In this document: in pieces, positions 39,312-52,298 of the stretch
Numbering within the stretch: the first letter of the stretch is position 1
How the letters are laid out: the number at the start of each line of letters is the position of its first letter
Origin: an uncultured Gemmatimonadales bacterium
GTDB taxonomy: Bacteria; Gemmatimonadota; Gemmatimonadetes; Longimicrobiales; Gaopeijiaceae
Length of the DNA: 64,000 bases
Assembly (NCBI GenBank): GCA_963809895.1
Contig: CAWELD010000003.1
Span: forward strand, 1,664,001-1,728,000
Reading direction: 5' to 3'
Made by a program: the position numbers and the translations under genes
Notes under the pieces: model-generated
Database searches by the model: none
What the model saw: the letters and a program-made list of their open reading frames with translations, nothing else
Told to the model about the DNA's origin: nothing

Positions 39312-39731
39312 GTGCGCCTGATGGGTATCGACTACGGGGAACGGCGGATCGGGGTGGCGCTCAGTGATCCCACCGGCACCCTGGCATCCCCCCTGGACAC
39401 CGTGGTCCGACGACGGGGAAAGCGCCCCCCCTTACGGCGCCTGGAGGAGATCGCCCGCACGCACGGGGTGGAGGGCGTCGTCGTGGGACTACCGCTCACG
39501 CTGGAGGGGGAGGAGGACGGATGGTGTGCCGAGGTGCGCCAGGTGGGTGACGAGCTGGGCCGGCGACTCGACCTCCCGGTCCACTACGTGGACGAGCGCA
39601 TGACCTCGGTGAGGGCGGAGCGCGCCGTGCGCTCCATCGGGCTTCCGCGGCATGCGCGCGAGCAGAAGGAACGCATCGACGCGGCCGCCGCGGCGCTGAT
39701 CCTGCAGTCCTTCCTCGACCGAGCGTCATGA
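39312..39731 (+). CDS. ruvX: YqgF/RuvX family nuclease (pre-16S rRNA processing / putative resolvase)
   Basis: MGIDYGERRIGVALSDP, VVGLP, DERMTS, IDAAAAALILQ. Confidence 0.96.
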   Translation: MRLMGIDYGERRIGVALSDPTGTLASPLDTVVRRRGKRPPLRRLEEIARTHGVEGVVVGLPLTLEGEEDGWCAEVRQVGDELGRRLDLPVHYVDERMTSVRAERAVRSIGLPRHAREQKERIDAAAAALILQSFLDRAS

Positions 39732-40744
39732 GGTCCCGGCGGCTGGGCATCCGTCACCGTCTGGTATCGGCGGGATTCCTGGCCTCGCTGGCGGCATGCG
39801 GCGGGAGCGGCGCGTCGGGAGGGCCACCAGTGGAATTCACCGTGCCCGCGGGCGCGAGCTTCGGGCAGGTGGTGGACTCGCTGGAGTCACGCGGCCTGGT
39901 GGGCTGGCCACGACTCTTCAGCTTGTACGCGCGCGCGAAGAAGGCGGACCGCCAGGTTCGCGCCGGACGATACCGGTTCCAACCGGGCGCGGGCTGGTCC
40001 GAGATCGTGGGCGACCTCGTGGCAGGCCGTGTCCAGACCGAGGCGCTCACGATCCCGGAAGGCTTCACCCTGGCCCAGATGGCTCCCCGCATCGCCGAAG
40101 TGAGCGAGGTGGCCGTGGACTCGGTGCGCGGGCTGCTGGAGGGGGACTCCGCCCAGGCCCGCTTCGACGTCCCGGGCCCCGGTCTCGAGGGATATCTCCT
40201 GCCCGAGACCTACCGGTTCGCCGAAGGCACCGCGCCGGAGGTCGTCATCAACACCATGGCCGCGGCGTTCCGCGAGTTCTGGACCCCGGAGCGGACCGCC
40301 CGGGCGGACTCCCTCGGCATGGGCATCGCCCAGATCACCACCCTGGCCTCCATCGTTCAGGCCGAAGCGCGCTTCGACGACGAGATGCCCACCATCGCCG
40401 CCGTCTACCACAATCGCCTCGCACAGGGCTGGCCGCTGCAGGCGGACCCCACCGTGCTGTACGCACTCGGAGGGCCCAGGGACCCGCTTCTCTACGCCGC
40501 CATGGACTCGGTGGCCGACAGTCCCTACAACACCTACACCCACCCCGGGCTGCCCCCGGGACCCATCGGTGCACCGGGCAAGGCCGCCCTGGAGGCCACG
40601 CTCCATCCGGCCGAGGTCGACTACATGTACTTCGTCGCCGGCCCCGACGGCCACCACGTCTTTTCACGCACGCTCACGGAACACAATCGTGCCGTCGCAG
40701 AGGCCCGGCGGGCGCGGGACACGACGGACACCGCGGGCCGATGA
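39728..40744 (+). CDS. mltG: endolytic transglycosylase MltG
   Basis: TIPEG, LEGYLLPETY, LASIVQAEA, NRL...LQADPT, SPYNTY..GLPPGPI, YFVA. Confidence 0.96.
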   Translation: MRSRRLGIRHRLVSAGFLASLAACGGSGASGGPPVEFTVPAGASFGQVVDSLESRGLVGWPRLFSLYARAKKADRQVRAGRYRFQPGAGWSEIVGDLVAGRVQTEALTIPEGFTLAQMAPRIAEVSEVAVDSVRGLLEGDSAQARFDVPGPGLEGYLLPETYRFAEGTAPEVVINTMAAAFREFWTPERTARADSLGMGIAQITTLASIVQAEARFDDEMPTIAAVYHNRLAQGWPLQADPTVLYALGGPRDPLLYAAMDSVADSPYNTYTHPGLPPGPIGAPGKAALEATLHPAEVDYMYFVAGPDGHHVFSRTLTEHNRAVAEARRARDTTDTAGR

Positions 40745-41394
40745 CCGACGCGGACCTTCGCGAGGCGCTCCAGGTGTTGGTGATCACGGACCGGCGGCTC
40801 GCCGCGCCCCGCAGCCTGGACCAGGTGGTGCGCGCGGCGGTGGCGGCCGGTGCCCGGGCCATTCAGGTGCGGGACAAGGGGGCCACGGCCCGGGAGCTCG
40901 TGGCGACCACGCGCCGCATCCGTGAGATCAGCGCGGCGACCGGCACCCTCCTCTTCGTCAACGATCGTCTCGACGTGGCCCTGGCCGCCGGAGCCGACGG
41001 CGTGCATCTGGGCCCCGACGACATCCCCGTGGCTGCGGCGCGCGCCTGGGCGCCCCCGGAGCTCCTGATCGGGTATTCCACCGACGACCCCGCCGACGCC
41101 CGGCGGGCCCAGGACGAGGGCGCCGACTACATCGGCTGTGGAGCAGTCTACGCCACCGCTTCGAAGAACGTGGGCGACGAGAGCATCGGGACCGCCCGTC
41201 TCGACGAGGTCGCTCGGGCCGTCACCATTCCCGTGCTGGGGATCGGGGGCGTCACGATATCGCGGGCCGCGGAGGTCGCCGGGACGGCCGCGGCCGGGGT
41301 GGCGGTGATCGGCGCGGTCATGGGCGCAACGGATCCCGGCGCCGCGGTCGAGGGACTTCTGGCCCCCTTCCTGGCCCGCCGCCGGAAGGCCTGA
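40741..41394 (+). CDS. thiE: thiamine-phosphate synthase
   Basis: QVRDK, NDRLDVALAAGADGVHLGPDD, GADYIG.G, TASK, IGG; ATGA overlap with mltG. Confidence 0.95.
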   Translation: MTDADLREALQVLVITDRRLAAPRSLDQVVRAAVAAGARAIQVRDKGATARELVATTRRIREISAATGTLLFVNDRLDVALAAGADGVHLGPDDIPVAAARAWAPPELLIGYSTDDPADARRAQDEGADYIGCGAVYATASKNVGDESIGTARLDEVARAVTIPVLGIGGVTISRAAEVAGTAAAGVAVIGAVMGATDPGAAVEGLLAPFLARRRKA

Positions 41395-41395
41395 C

Positions 41396-42376
41396 ATGAC
41401 CGCGTCACCCTGGCGATACGCGGCAGGGCTCACGCTGGCCCTGGGCCTGTTCGTGGCGTGCGCCCACCGAGGCGACGCCGGCCCCGGGCCGTCGCAGGAA
41501 GCGCTGGCGCCGGGCGACCACCAGTTCACGATCCCCGTGGACGGACGAGAACGCTGGTACATCCTCCACGTGCCCCCCGAGTCTCGATCCGGAGGCACGC
41601 CACTGGTGGTCGCGTTCCACGGAGGGGGTGGCAACCCGGGAGGGTTTCAGGCGTCGGCCCACCTGGACGACGTCGCCGACCGGGAGGGTTTTCTCGTCGC
41701 CTACCCCGCCGGCACGGGACCCACGCGCGACCGCCTGCTGACCTGGAACGCCGGCACACACTGCTGCGGCCGCGCCAGGGAGCTCGGGGTGGACGACGTG
41801 GCCTTCGCCCGGGCTCTCGTCCAGGACATCGGAGAGCGCACAGCCGTGGACTCCCGTCGCGTCTACGCCACGGGCCATTCCAACGGCGCCATGATGGCCT
41901 ACCGCGTGGCCGCCGAGGCCGCGGATCTGGTGGCCGCGATCGCGCCGGTGTCGGGGGCCATGCAGCTCTCGGACTTCCATCCCTCCCGTCCCGTGGCCGT
42001 GCTCCACATCCACAGCGTCGACGACCCCAGGGCGCTGTACGACGGGGGCCTCGGGCCTCCCTTCCCCCTCACAAATGTGCGAACGCTGCACGAGCCCGTG
42101 GAGGCGGGGTTGGCGGCCTGGCGCGAAGTCGACGGATGTGAGGGCGATGCGGAAGTCGTGGGGCGCCGTGCCGACGCCGGCGACCGTGCCGAGCACGTGG
42201 TGTGGGGCTACTGCCGGTCAGGCGCCCGCGTTGAGCTGTGGCGCCTCCACGGGCCGGGGCACGCCTGGCCCGGCGCCGACGTGCCGCGACTCCAGCGCCG
42301 CATCGTGGGCCCACCGACCCACGTGATTGATGCGGCCGAAGAGGTGTGGGCGTTCTTCGAGCGGGTGGGCGCGTGA
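41396..42376 (+). CDS. lipoprotein alpha/beta-hydrolase, PHB depolymerase/LpqC-like esterase
   Basis: Lipobox FVAC; PLVVAFHGGGG, WNAG..CCG, DDVAF, GHSNGAMMA nucleophile, GHAWPG. Confidence 0.88.
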   Translation: MTASPWRYAAGLTLALGLFVACAHRGDAGPGPSQEALAPGDHQFTIPVDGRERWYILHVPPESRSGGTPLVVAFHGGGGNPGGFQASAHLDDVADREGFLVAYPAGTGPTRDRLLTWNAGTHCCGRARELGVDDVAFARALVQDIGERTAVDSRRVYATGHSNGAMMAYRVAAEAADLVAAIAPVSGAMQLSDFHPSRPVAVLHIHSVDDPRALYDGGLGPPFPLTNVRTLHEPVEAGLAAWREVDGCEGDAEVVGRRADAGDRAEHVVWGYCRSGARVELWRLHGPGHAWPGADVPRLQRRIVGPPTHVIDAAEEVWAFFERVGA

Positions 42377-42405
42377 CATGGGCGTGACCACGAGGCAGAG
42401 CCTCG

Positions 42406-42486
42406 GGCGTCGTCGCGGCGTCGGACTCGCTCGCTGCGACGTAGCTTCGGCTACGTCTCACTCGGCTCGCCTCGCGCTCCTACCCC
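42406..42486. repeat. 81-bp palindromic REP/MITE-like repeat, copy 1
   Basis: GGCGTCGTCGCGGCGTCGGACTCGCTCGCTGC GACGTAGC-TTCG-GCTACGTC TCACTCGGCTCGCCTCGCGCTCCTACCCC. Confidence 0.9.
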
Positions 42487-42489
42487 CTC

Positions 42490-42570
42490 GGCGTCGTCGC
42501 GGCGTCGGACTCGGCTCGCTGCGACGTAGCGCGGCTACGTCTCACTCGGCTCGCCTCGCGCTCCTACCCC
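42490..42570. repeat. 81-bp palindromic REP/MITE-like repeat, copy 2
   Basis: Near-identical to copy 1 (loop GCG, one extra G). Confidence 0.9.
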
Positions 42571-42632
42571 GGCCCTCGATTTGACGCGCCCCCGACCGGG
42601 CCGCTGCCGGGGGGACCCGGCGGGAGTATGCA

Positions 42633-42672
42633 GAAACGCCCGCCCGGGCTCAAAGTCCCGGACGGGCGTTTC
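42633..42672 (-). terminator. duplicated rRNA operon terminator
   Basis: Same hairpin as 42889-42928. Confidence 0.7.
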
Positions 42673-42680
42673 GGTATAAA

Positions 42681-42717
42681 GGCTGGCGAGGTGACGTACT
42701 CCCCCACCGGGTCCCCC
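42681..42717 (-). pseudogene. degenerate 3' fragment of 5S rRNA
   Basis: GGCTGGCGAGGTGACGTACTCCCCCACCGGGTCCCCC versus GGCTGGCGATGACGTACTCTCCCACCGGGTCCCCC at 42936-42970. Confidence 0.8.
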
Positions 42718-42745
42718 TTCAGGCGGGCACGTGAAATCGGCACCG

Positions 42746-42826
42746 GGCGTCGTCGCGGCGTCGGACTCGCTCGCTGCGACGTAGCGTCGGCTACGTCTCA
42801 CTCGGCTCGCCTCGCGCTCCTACCCC
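42746..42826. repeat. 81-bp palindromic REP/MITE-like repeat, copy 3
   Basis: Near-identical to copy 1 (loop GTCG). Confidence 0.9.
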
Positions 42827-42888
42827 GGCCCTCGATTTGACGCGCCCCCGACCGGGCCGCTGCCGGGGGGACCCGGCGGGAGTATGCA

Positions 42889-42928
42889 GAAACGCCCGCC
42901 CGGGCTCAAAGTCCCGGACGGGCGTTTC
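42889..42928 (-). terminator. rho-independent terminator of 23S-5S unit
   Basis: Minus strand GAAACGCCCGTCCGGG-ACTTTGAG-CCCGGGCGGGCGTTTC just after the 5S 3' end. Confidence 0.8.
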
Positions 42929-42935
42929 GTATAAA

Positions 42936-43053
42936 GGCTGGCGATGACGTACTCTCCCACCGGGTCCCCCCGGCAGTACCATCCGCGCTGCGAGGCTTAA
43001 CGGCCGTGTTCGGGATGGGAACGGGTGTGTCCCTCGCGCCAAGATCACCAGCC
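42936..43053 (-). rRNA. rrf: 5S ribosomal RNA
   Basis: Minus strand GGCTGGTGATC...CACACCCGTTCCCATCCCGAACACGGCCGTTAAGC...GATGGTACTG...GGGAGAGTACGTCATCGCCAGCC; terminal helix pairs. Confidence 0.97.
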
Positions 43054-43258
43054 AATCGTGCGGCCGCGGATCCGTTCGTGATTCTGACGGTCAGCGGGCC
43101 GTGTAGGCTGTGGGTCAGGGGAGGTGAGGTGGTGCGGACGCCTCGTACGGGTGTCGGGCGTTGTGTTCGTTGGTCCTGCGTAGTGCTGCTGCAGCTGTTG
43201 CTGCTGCTGCGCCGTTTCCTGCTCGCGCCGATGGTCCGGCGGAGGGAGAACGGACTGC

Positions 43259-46236
<2,978 letters not shown>

Positions 46237-46478
46237 AGCAGTCCGGTTCAGGCCCGCAGACACACCCCGAAGGGCCCGCCGCACGCCTGAATCCTTCTCC
46301 CGCCAGTCCACCGAACGTCTCACTCCTGACACCACGTCGGCTTCGGGACCCTCTCCCGGACTGCGAAGACCTCGCATTGGAGACGGCCCGAGCCTAAGGC
46401 ATCACACAACACCTCACTTCCCTGACCCTGTAGTGCACACCGCAACTCCCCCCGTAGAAGGACCACCGCATGCACCGC

Positions 46479-46490
46479 TTTTCAAACAGC
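46479..46490 (-). promoter_or_regulatory. rrn antitermination boxA-like element
   Basis: Minus strand GCTGTTTGAAAA in the 23S leader, ~40 nt after the predicted -10. Confidence 0.6.
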
Positions 46491-46529
46491 GTTCCGCCCC
46501 GTCACGTTTGTGTTGCGGCGGAGCAAGAT

Positions 46530-46558
46530 AAGCTAGTGGAGGGAGTAGGCCGGGTCAA
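46530..46558 (-). promoter_or_regulatory. sigma70-type promoter driving 23S-5S
   Basis: TTGACC (46558-46553), 17 nt, TAGCTT (46535-46530). Confidence 0.65.
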
Positions 46559-46567
46559 CGGCTTTCC

Positions 46568-47380
46568 TCACCCCAACGCCTCGAGCAATCCGGCCACCTC
46601 GGCGTCGGACACCGAGAAGGTACCGAGTGGCTCGTTGCGGTCGAGATCGTGCCAGTCGGATCCCCCGCTCACGAGGAGTCCAGCGCTCCGGGCCCTCTCG
46701 AGCAACCGCCGGGTCTGTGAGGGTCCGTTCCCGGGCCGGTGGACCTCCAGTCCGCCGAGACCCGCACGCACGAGCGGAGGCAGCACGGCGTCCAGCAGGT
46801 CCCCCGGCGGATGAGCCCACACCGCGACTCCACCCGAAGCCAGAATGATGTCGACGGCATCGCCGGGCCCGTGCATGGCCGTGGGCACGAAGGCCGCATG
46901 GCCGTCGCCGATGAGCCGGTCGAAGGCATCGGGGACGCTTCGCGCGAACCCCGTCTCCACCAGCACCTGCGCCAGATGTGGGCGACCGACCACCCCTCGT
47001 CCTCCCGCCACCTCCATGACCCGGTCGAGCGAGACCCGCACATCCTGCTCCGCCAACCTCCCGACCATGGCCGCCATGCGGTCCTCGCGCGCGCCGTGCG
47101 CCCTGCGGGTGTAGTCGTCGAGGGCATGGGCGGCGGGATCGAACCCGTACCCGAGGACGTGCACGTCCCGCCCCTCCCAGGTGCTGCTGAGCTCGATGCC
47201 GGGAACCAGGCCCAACCCCACCTCCCGGGCGGCGGCCGCGGCCTCTTCGAGACCGTCCACGGTATCGTGGTCGGTCACAGAGATCACGTCCAGCGAGCCC
47301 TGGTGCGCTGCCTCGATCACGCGTCGAGGCTCCCAGGCGCCATCGGAGGCGGTGGTGTGGATGTGGAGGTCCAGTCTCAT
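46568..47380 (-). CDS. PHP domain phosphoesterase (YciV/TrpH/RNase AM-like)
   Basis: DLHIHTTASDG, TDHD, PGIELS, HVLGY, GRPHLA, AHP, GGSDWH. Confidence 0.9.
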   Translation of the reverse strand: MRLDLHIHTTASDGAWEPRRVIEAAHQGSLDVISVTDHDTVDGLEEAAAAAREVGLGLVPGIELSSTWEGRDVHVLGYGFDPAAHALDDYTRRAHGAREDRMAAMVGRLAEQDVRVSLDRVMEVAGGRGVVGRPHLAQVLVETGFARSVPDAFDRLIGDGHAAFVPTAMHGPGDAVDIILASGGVAVWAHPPGDLLDAVLPPLVRAGLGGLEVHRPGNGPSQTRRLLERARSAGLLVSGGSDWHDLDRNEPLGTFSVSDAEVAGLLEALG

Positions 47381-47412
47381 GGTCCGTCGACCTTCGGGTC
47401 GGGAGAAACAAA

Positions 47413-47446
47413 GGCGGGGCGCGAAGGAAGTCCTCCCCGCCCCGCC
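47413..47446 (-). terminator. terminator of atp operon
   Basis: GGCGGGGCG...CGCCCCGCC stem; followed by TTTGTTT on the minus strand. Confidence 0.65.
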
Positions 47447-47471
47447 CTCAACCTACCAGCCTCGCCGCGTT

Positions 47472-47816
47472 TCAGACGAGGGGGTTACCCGCGGACGCCG
47501 CGTCTTCGGTGAAGTCCTCGGGATGCAGGTGCGCGCCCTCCGGCACCACCTCCGGAGGTTCCTCGCCTGCGTATTCGGTGAGTACCGTGACCTGGTCGTC
47601 CAGCACCTTCACGACCCCCGCGGCGACGTGGAAACGGTGACTGCCACCGCCTGGAAGGTCGATGTCCAGGGTCCCTGCCCCCAGGAGCGCCATGAGCGGT
47701 GCATGGCCCGGAAGGACGCCCAACTGGCCGTCCCACGCCGGCGCCACGATGCTCGAGGCCTCTCCCTCGTAGACGATCGTCTCGGGTGAGACGACCCGCA
47801 CGTGGAGCGTGGCCAC
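47472..47816 (-). CDS. atpC: ATP synthase F1 epsilon subunit (short form)
   Basis: LHVRVVSPE, GQLGVLPGHAPL, VAAGVVKV...VTVLTE; follows atpD. Confidence 0.93.
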   Translation of the reverse strand: MATLHVRVVSPETIVYEGEASSIVAPAWDGQLGVLPGHAPLMALLGAGTLDIDLPGGGSHRFHVAAGVVKVLDDQVTVLTEYAGEEPPEVVPEGAHLHPEDFTEDAASAGNPLV

Positions 47817-47817
47817 G

Positions 47818-49287
<1,470 letters not shown>

Positions 49288-50148
49288 TCACTCCAGTCCG
49301 GCCGCACCTCCGACGATTTCGGCGATCTCCTGGGTGATCTGGGCCTGACGGGCCCGATTGTACGTCCGGGTCAGGTGCTCCAGCACCTCGCCGGCATTGT
49401 CCGTGGCGTTCTTCATGGCGGTACGCCGCGCCCCCTGCTCTGCCGCCGCGTTCTCCACCAACGCCGTGAAGACCACGTTCCTCACGTAGGCGGGCAGCAA
49501 CCGCTCCAGGATGAACCCACCCCCGGGCGACAGGATGAAGTTCTCCGCGGAGCGCGCCGCGGCCTTGGGCTCGATGGGGAGCACCTTGCGCGCCACGGGC
49601 GGCGTGGACAGCGCCGAGCGGAACTCGGAGCTGACCAGGTAGACCGCATCGAGCGAGCCCCGCTCGAAGCGCTCGCGCAGGGGTCCGACCAGAGACTCGG
49701 CATCGTCCAGACCCGGCGTGTCGCCGATGTCGGTGCGCTTCGTCTCCATGGTCTCGCCGCGGAACCGGAAGTAGGCGATGCCCTTCTTGCCCGCCACGTG
49801 CAGCTCGGTCTCGATCCCCTCGGCACGGAGCTCGTCGAGAAGGCCACGGGCCTCCTTGATCAGATTGGCGTTGAACGCCCCCGCCAGCCCTCGATTCGCG
49901 GTCAGAAGGAGGATGGCCGCCGTGCGAACCTGTTCCGGCCGCCGCAGCAGCGGAAACTCCTCCGCCAGGCCCGGAGCGTACAGGCTCCGGACGATCTCGT
50001 CCATGGCCGCGCCGTACGGACCCGCGGCACGCACCCGGTCGGTGGCCCTCTTCAGCTTCGAGGTGGCCACCAGCTCCATGGTGCGCGTGATCTGGCGCGT
50101 GTTCTCGACGGACCGGATCCGCCGCTTGACGTCTCGTGTGTTGGCCAC
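49288..50148 (-). CDS. atpG: ATP synthase F1 gamma subunit
   Basis: RIRSVENTRQITRTMELVA, RGLAGAFN, AMKNATDNA, YNRARQAQITQEIAEIVGG. Confidence 0.98.
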   Translation of the reverse strand: MANTRDVKRRIRSVENTRQITRTMELVATSKLKRATDRVRAAGPYGAAMDEIVRSLYAPGLAEEFPLLRRPEQVRTAAILLLTANRGLAGAFNANLIKEARGLLDELRAEGIETELHVAGKKGIAYFRFRGETMETKRTDIGDTPGLDDAESLVGPLRERFERGSLDAVYLVSSEFRSALSTPPVARKVLPIEPKAAARSAENFILSPGGGFILERLLPAYVRNVVFTALVENAAAEQGARRTAMKNATDNAGEVLEHLTRTYNRARQAQITQEIAEIVGGAAGLE

Positions 50149-50154
50149 GGTGCG

Positions 50155-51708
50155 TTACGCGTTGGAGGACTGCGCCGCGAAGGCCTCGTTCCACTCGGCG
50201 ATGGCCGCCTTGAGCGACTCCTCGAGCTCCGGGGTGAGGACCTTCTCGGTACGAATGCCTTCGAGCAGGTCCGCCCGCTGGGTCCGGAGGTGCTCGTGGA
50301 ATCCCCGCTCCCAAGCCTTGACCCGCTCCACCGGCACCTCGTCGATGAGCCCGTTGGTGACGGCATAGATGGCCGTGACCTGGCTCTCCACCGGCATGGG
50401 CTGATACTGGGGCTGCTTGAGGATCTCCACGGTACGCTCTCCACGGGCGAGCTGGCGCTGCGTGGCGGCGTCAAGGTCCGAGCCGAACTGGGCGAACGCC
50501 TCCAGCTCACGGTACTGGGCCAGGTCCAGGCGCAGGCGCCCCGCCACCTTGCGCATGGCCTTCACCTGCGCCGAGCCGCCCACACGGGACACCGAGATGC
50601 CCACGTTCACGGCCGGTCGCACACCCGAGTAGAACAGGTCCGGCTCCAGGAAGATCTGGCCGTCGGTGATGGAGATCACGTTGGTGGGGATGTACGCCGA
50701 CACGTCGCCGCCCTGGGTCTCGATCACGGGCAGCGCCGTGAGGGAGCCACCGCCCTGTTCGTCGGACAGCTTCGCCGCCCGCTCGAGCAGCCGCGAATGC
50801 AGATAGAAGACATCTCCCGGGTACGCCTCACGCCCCGGAGGCCGGCGCAGCACCAGCGAGAGCTGGCGGTACGCCTGGGCCTGCTTGGAGAGGTCGTCGT
50901 ACACGCACAGCGTCGCCTTGCCCTGCCACATGAAGTGCTCGGCCATGGCGGTGGCGGAATACGGCGCGATGTACTGCAGGGGCGCCGGGTCCGAGGCGTT
51001 GGCCGTCACCACGATCGTGTAATCCAGCGCCCCATGCTCCCGGAGCAGCTCCACCACGTTGGCGACCTTTCCGGCCCGCTGCCCGATGGCGCAGTAGACA
51101 CAGATCACCCCGGTGCCCTTCTGGTTGATGATCGTGTCGATGGCGATGGCGGTCTTGCCGGTGCCGCGGTCGCCGATGATGAGCTCGCGCTGGCCACGAC
51201 CGATGGGAATCATGGAGTCGATGGCCTTGATGCCCGTCTGCATCGGCTCCTTCACCGGCTGCCGCAGCACGATGCCCGGGGCCACGATGTCGATCTGACG
51301 GGAACCCTCCAATCCGTCGATGGGACCCTTACCGTCCAGCGGCTCACCGAGGGGATTCACCACCCGGCCCAGGTAGCCGGCACCGACGGGCACTTCGAGC
51401 ACGCGCCCCGTGCGGCGGACCTGGTCGCCCTCGTGGAGCGAGGTCCAGTCTCCCATGATCACGGCGCCGATGTTGTCCTCTTCCAGATTCAGCGCCAGCG
51501 CCGTGACGGTATCACCCGTTCCGGCCGAAGTGATCTCGAGCATTTCGCTCGCCATGGCCTTGGTGAGGCCGTAGATGCGCGCGATCCCGTCCTTCACCTC
51601 CAGGACCTCACCCACCTCTTCGGCGTGCAGCTCCTCCTCGTAATGCTCGATCTCGCTGAGGAGGACGCCCTTGATCTCGCTGGCTCGCAGCTGGGAATCG
51701 TTCGCCAT
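50155..51708 (-). CDS. atpA: ATP synthase F1 alpha subunit
   Basis: [48 protein letters not shown]. Confidence 0.99.
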   Translation of the reverse strand: MANDSQLRASEIKGVLLSEIEHYEEELHAEEVGEVLEVKDGIARIYGLTKAMASEMLEITSAGTGDTVTALALNLEEDNIGAVIMGDWTSLHEGDQVRRTGRVLEVPVGAGYLGRVVNPLGEPLDGKGPIDGLEGSRQIDIVAPGIVLRQPVKEPMQTGIKAIDSMIPIGRGQRELIIGDRGTGKTAIAIDTIINQKGTGVICVYCAIGQRAGKVANVVELLREHGALDYTIVVTANASDPAPLQYIAPYSATAMAEHFMWQGKATLCVYDDLSKQAQAYRQLSLVLRRPPGREAYPGDVFYLHSRLLERAAKLSDEQGGGSLTALPVIETQGGDVSAYIPTNVISITDGQIFLEPDLFYSGVRPAVNVGISVSRVGGSAQVKAMRKVAGRLRLDLAQYRELEAFAQFGSDLDAATQRQLARGERTVEILKQPQYQPMPVESQVTAIYAVTNGLIDEVPVERVKAWERGFHEHLRTQRADLLEGIRTEKVLTPELEESLKAAIAEWNEAFAAQSSNA

Positions 51709-51731
51709 TTCCGTCTATCCCTGAACTGTGG

Positions 51732-52298
51732 TTATTCGCCGCTGGACGCCCGAGGCAGCTCGGCCGTCAGAAGTTGACGCCGCATGCGGTCGAGCCGGCG
51801 GCGAAGAGATCCGTCGTAGATCGTGTCCCCGGCGCGCACTACCACTCCGCCCAGGATCTCGGGCTTCACTCGCACGTGGGGGATGGCGGTCTTGCCCAGG
51901 AGCGCGGACAGCCGCTGGGCGATCCGGTCCGTGGTCTCCCGGGTCATGGGGCGGGCCACGGTCACCTCCACGTGTGCCCGATTCATGTGCTCGTCCACCA
52001 GCCCGTGGTATTCGCGGGCCATCGTGCGCAGCAGGCGCTGGCGGCGCTTGTCGATGGTGATGAGCAGGAAGTGGAGCAGGGGCCGGGGGAGCGCATCTCC
52101 GAAGGCCTTGCGCAACACCTCCTTCTTGTGCGGTGCATCGATGCGCGGCGTCTCCAGGAAGAGCCGGAACCTGGGATCCTCGTCCAGGAGTCGCGCCACC
52201 GCCTCGATGCCCTCTTCGTACGCCTCGATACCCTCGTGCCGCTGGGCGAGCTCGAAGAGCGTCTCGGCATAGCTCCGGGCGACGGTCTCGTCCCTCAC
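51732..52298 (-). CDS. atpH: ATP synthase F1 delta subunit
   Basis: VARSYAETLF, ILGGVVVRAGDTIYDGSL. Confidence 0.96.
   Translation of the reverse strand: MRDETVARSYAETLFELAQRHEGIEAYEEGIEAVARLLDEDPRFRLFLETPRIDAPHKKEVLRKAFGDALPRPLLHFLLITIDKRRQRLLRTMAREYHGLVDEHMNRAHVEVTVARPMTRETTDRIAQRLSALLGKTAIPHVRVKPEILGGVVVRAGDTIYDGSLRRRLDRMRRQLLTAELPRASSGE

Larger units (their letters stand above)
42490..42717. repeat. ~230-bp direct duplication of 42746-42970 (repeat + spacer + rrn terminator + 5S 3' end)
   Basis: Near-identity with a few indels and one substitution. Confidence 0.9.

Noticed and set aside
42406..42826. Possible CRISPR array
   Set aside because: Units are 81 bp, spacing is 3 nt and ~175 nt, the intervening DNA is itself duplicated, and there are no cas genes
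46237..46567. 16S rRNA end or spacer tRNA-Ile/Ala upstream of 23S
   Set aside because: No anti-SD GATCACCTCC end, no T-loop GTTCGA or cloverleaf seen on either strand
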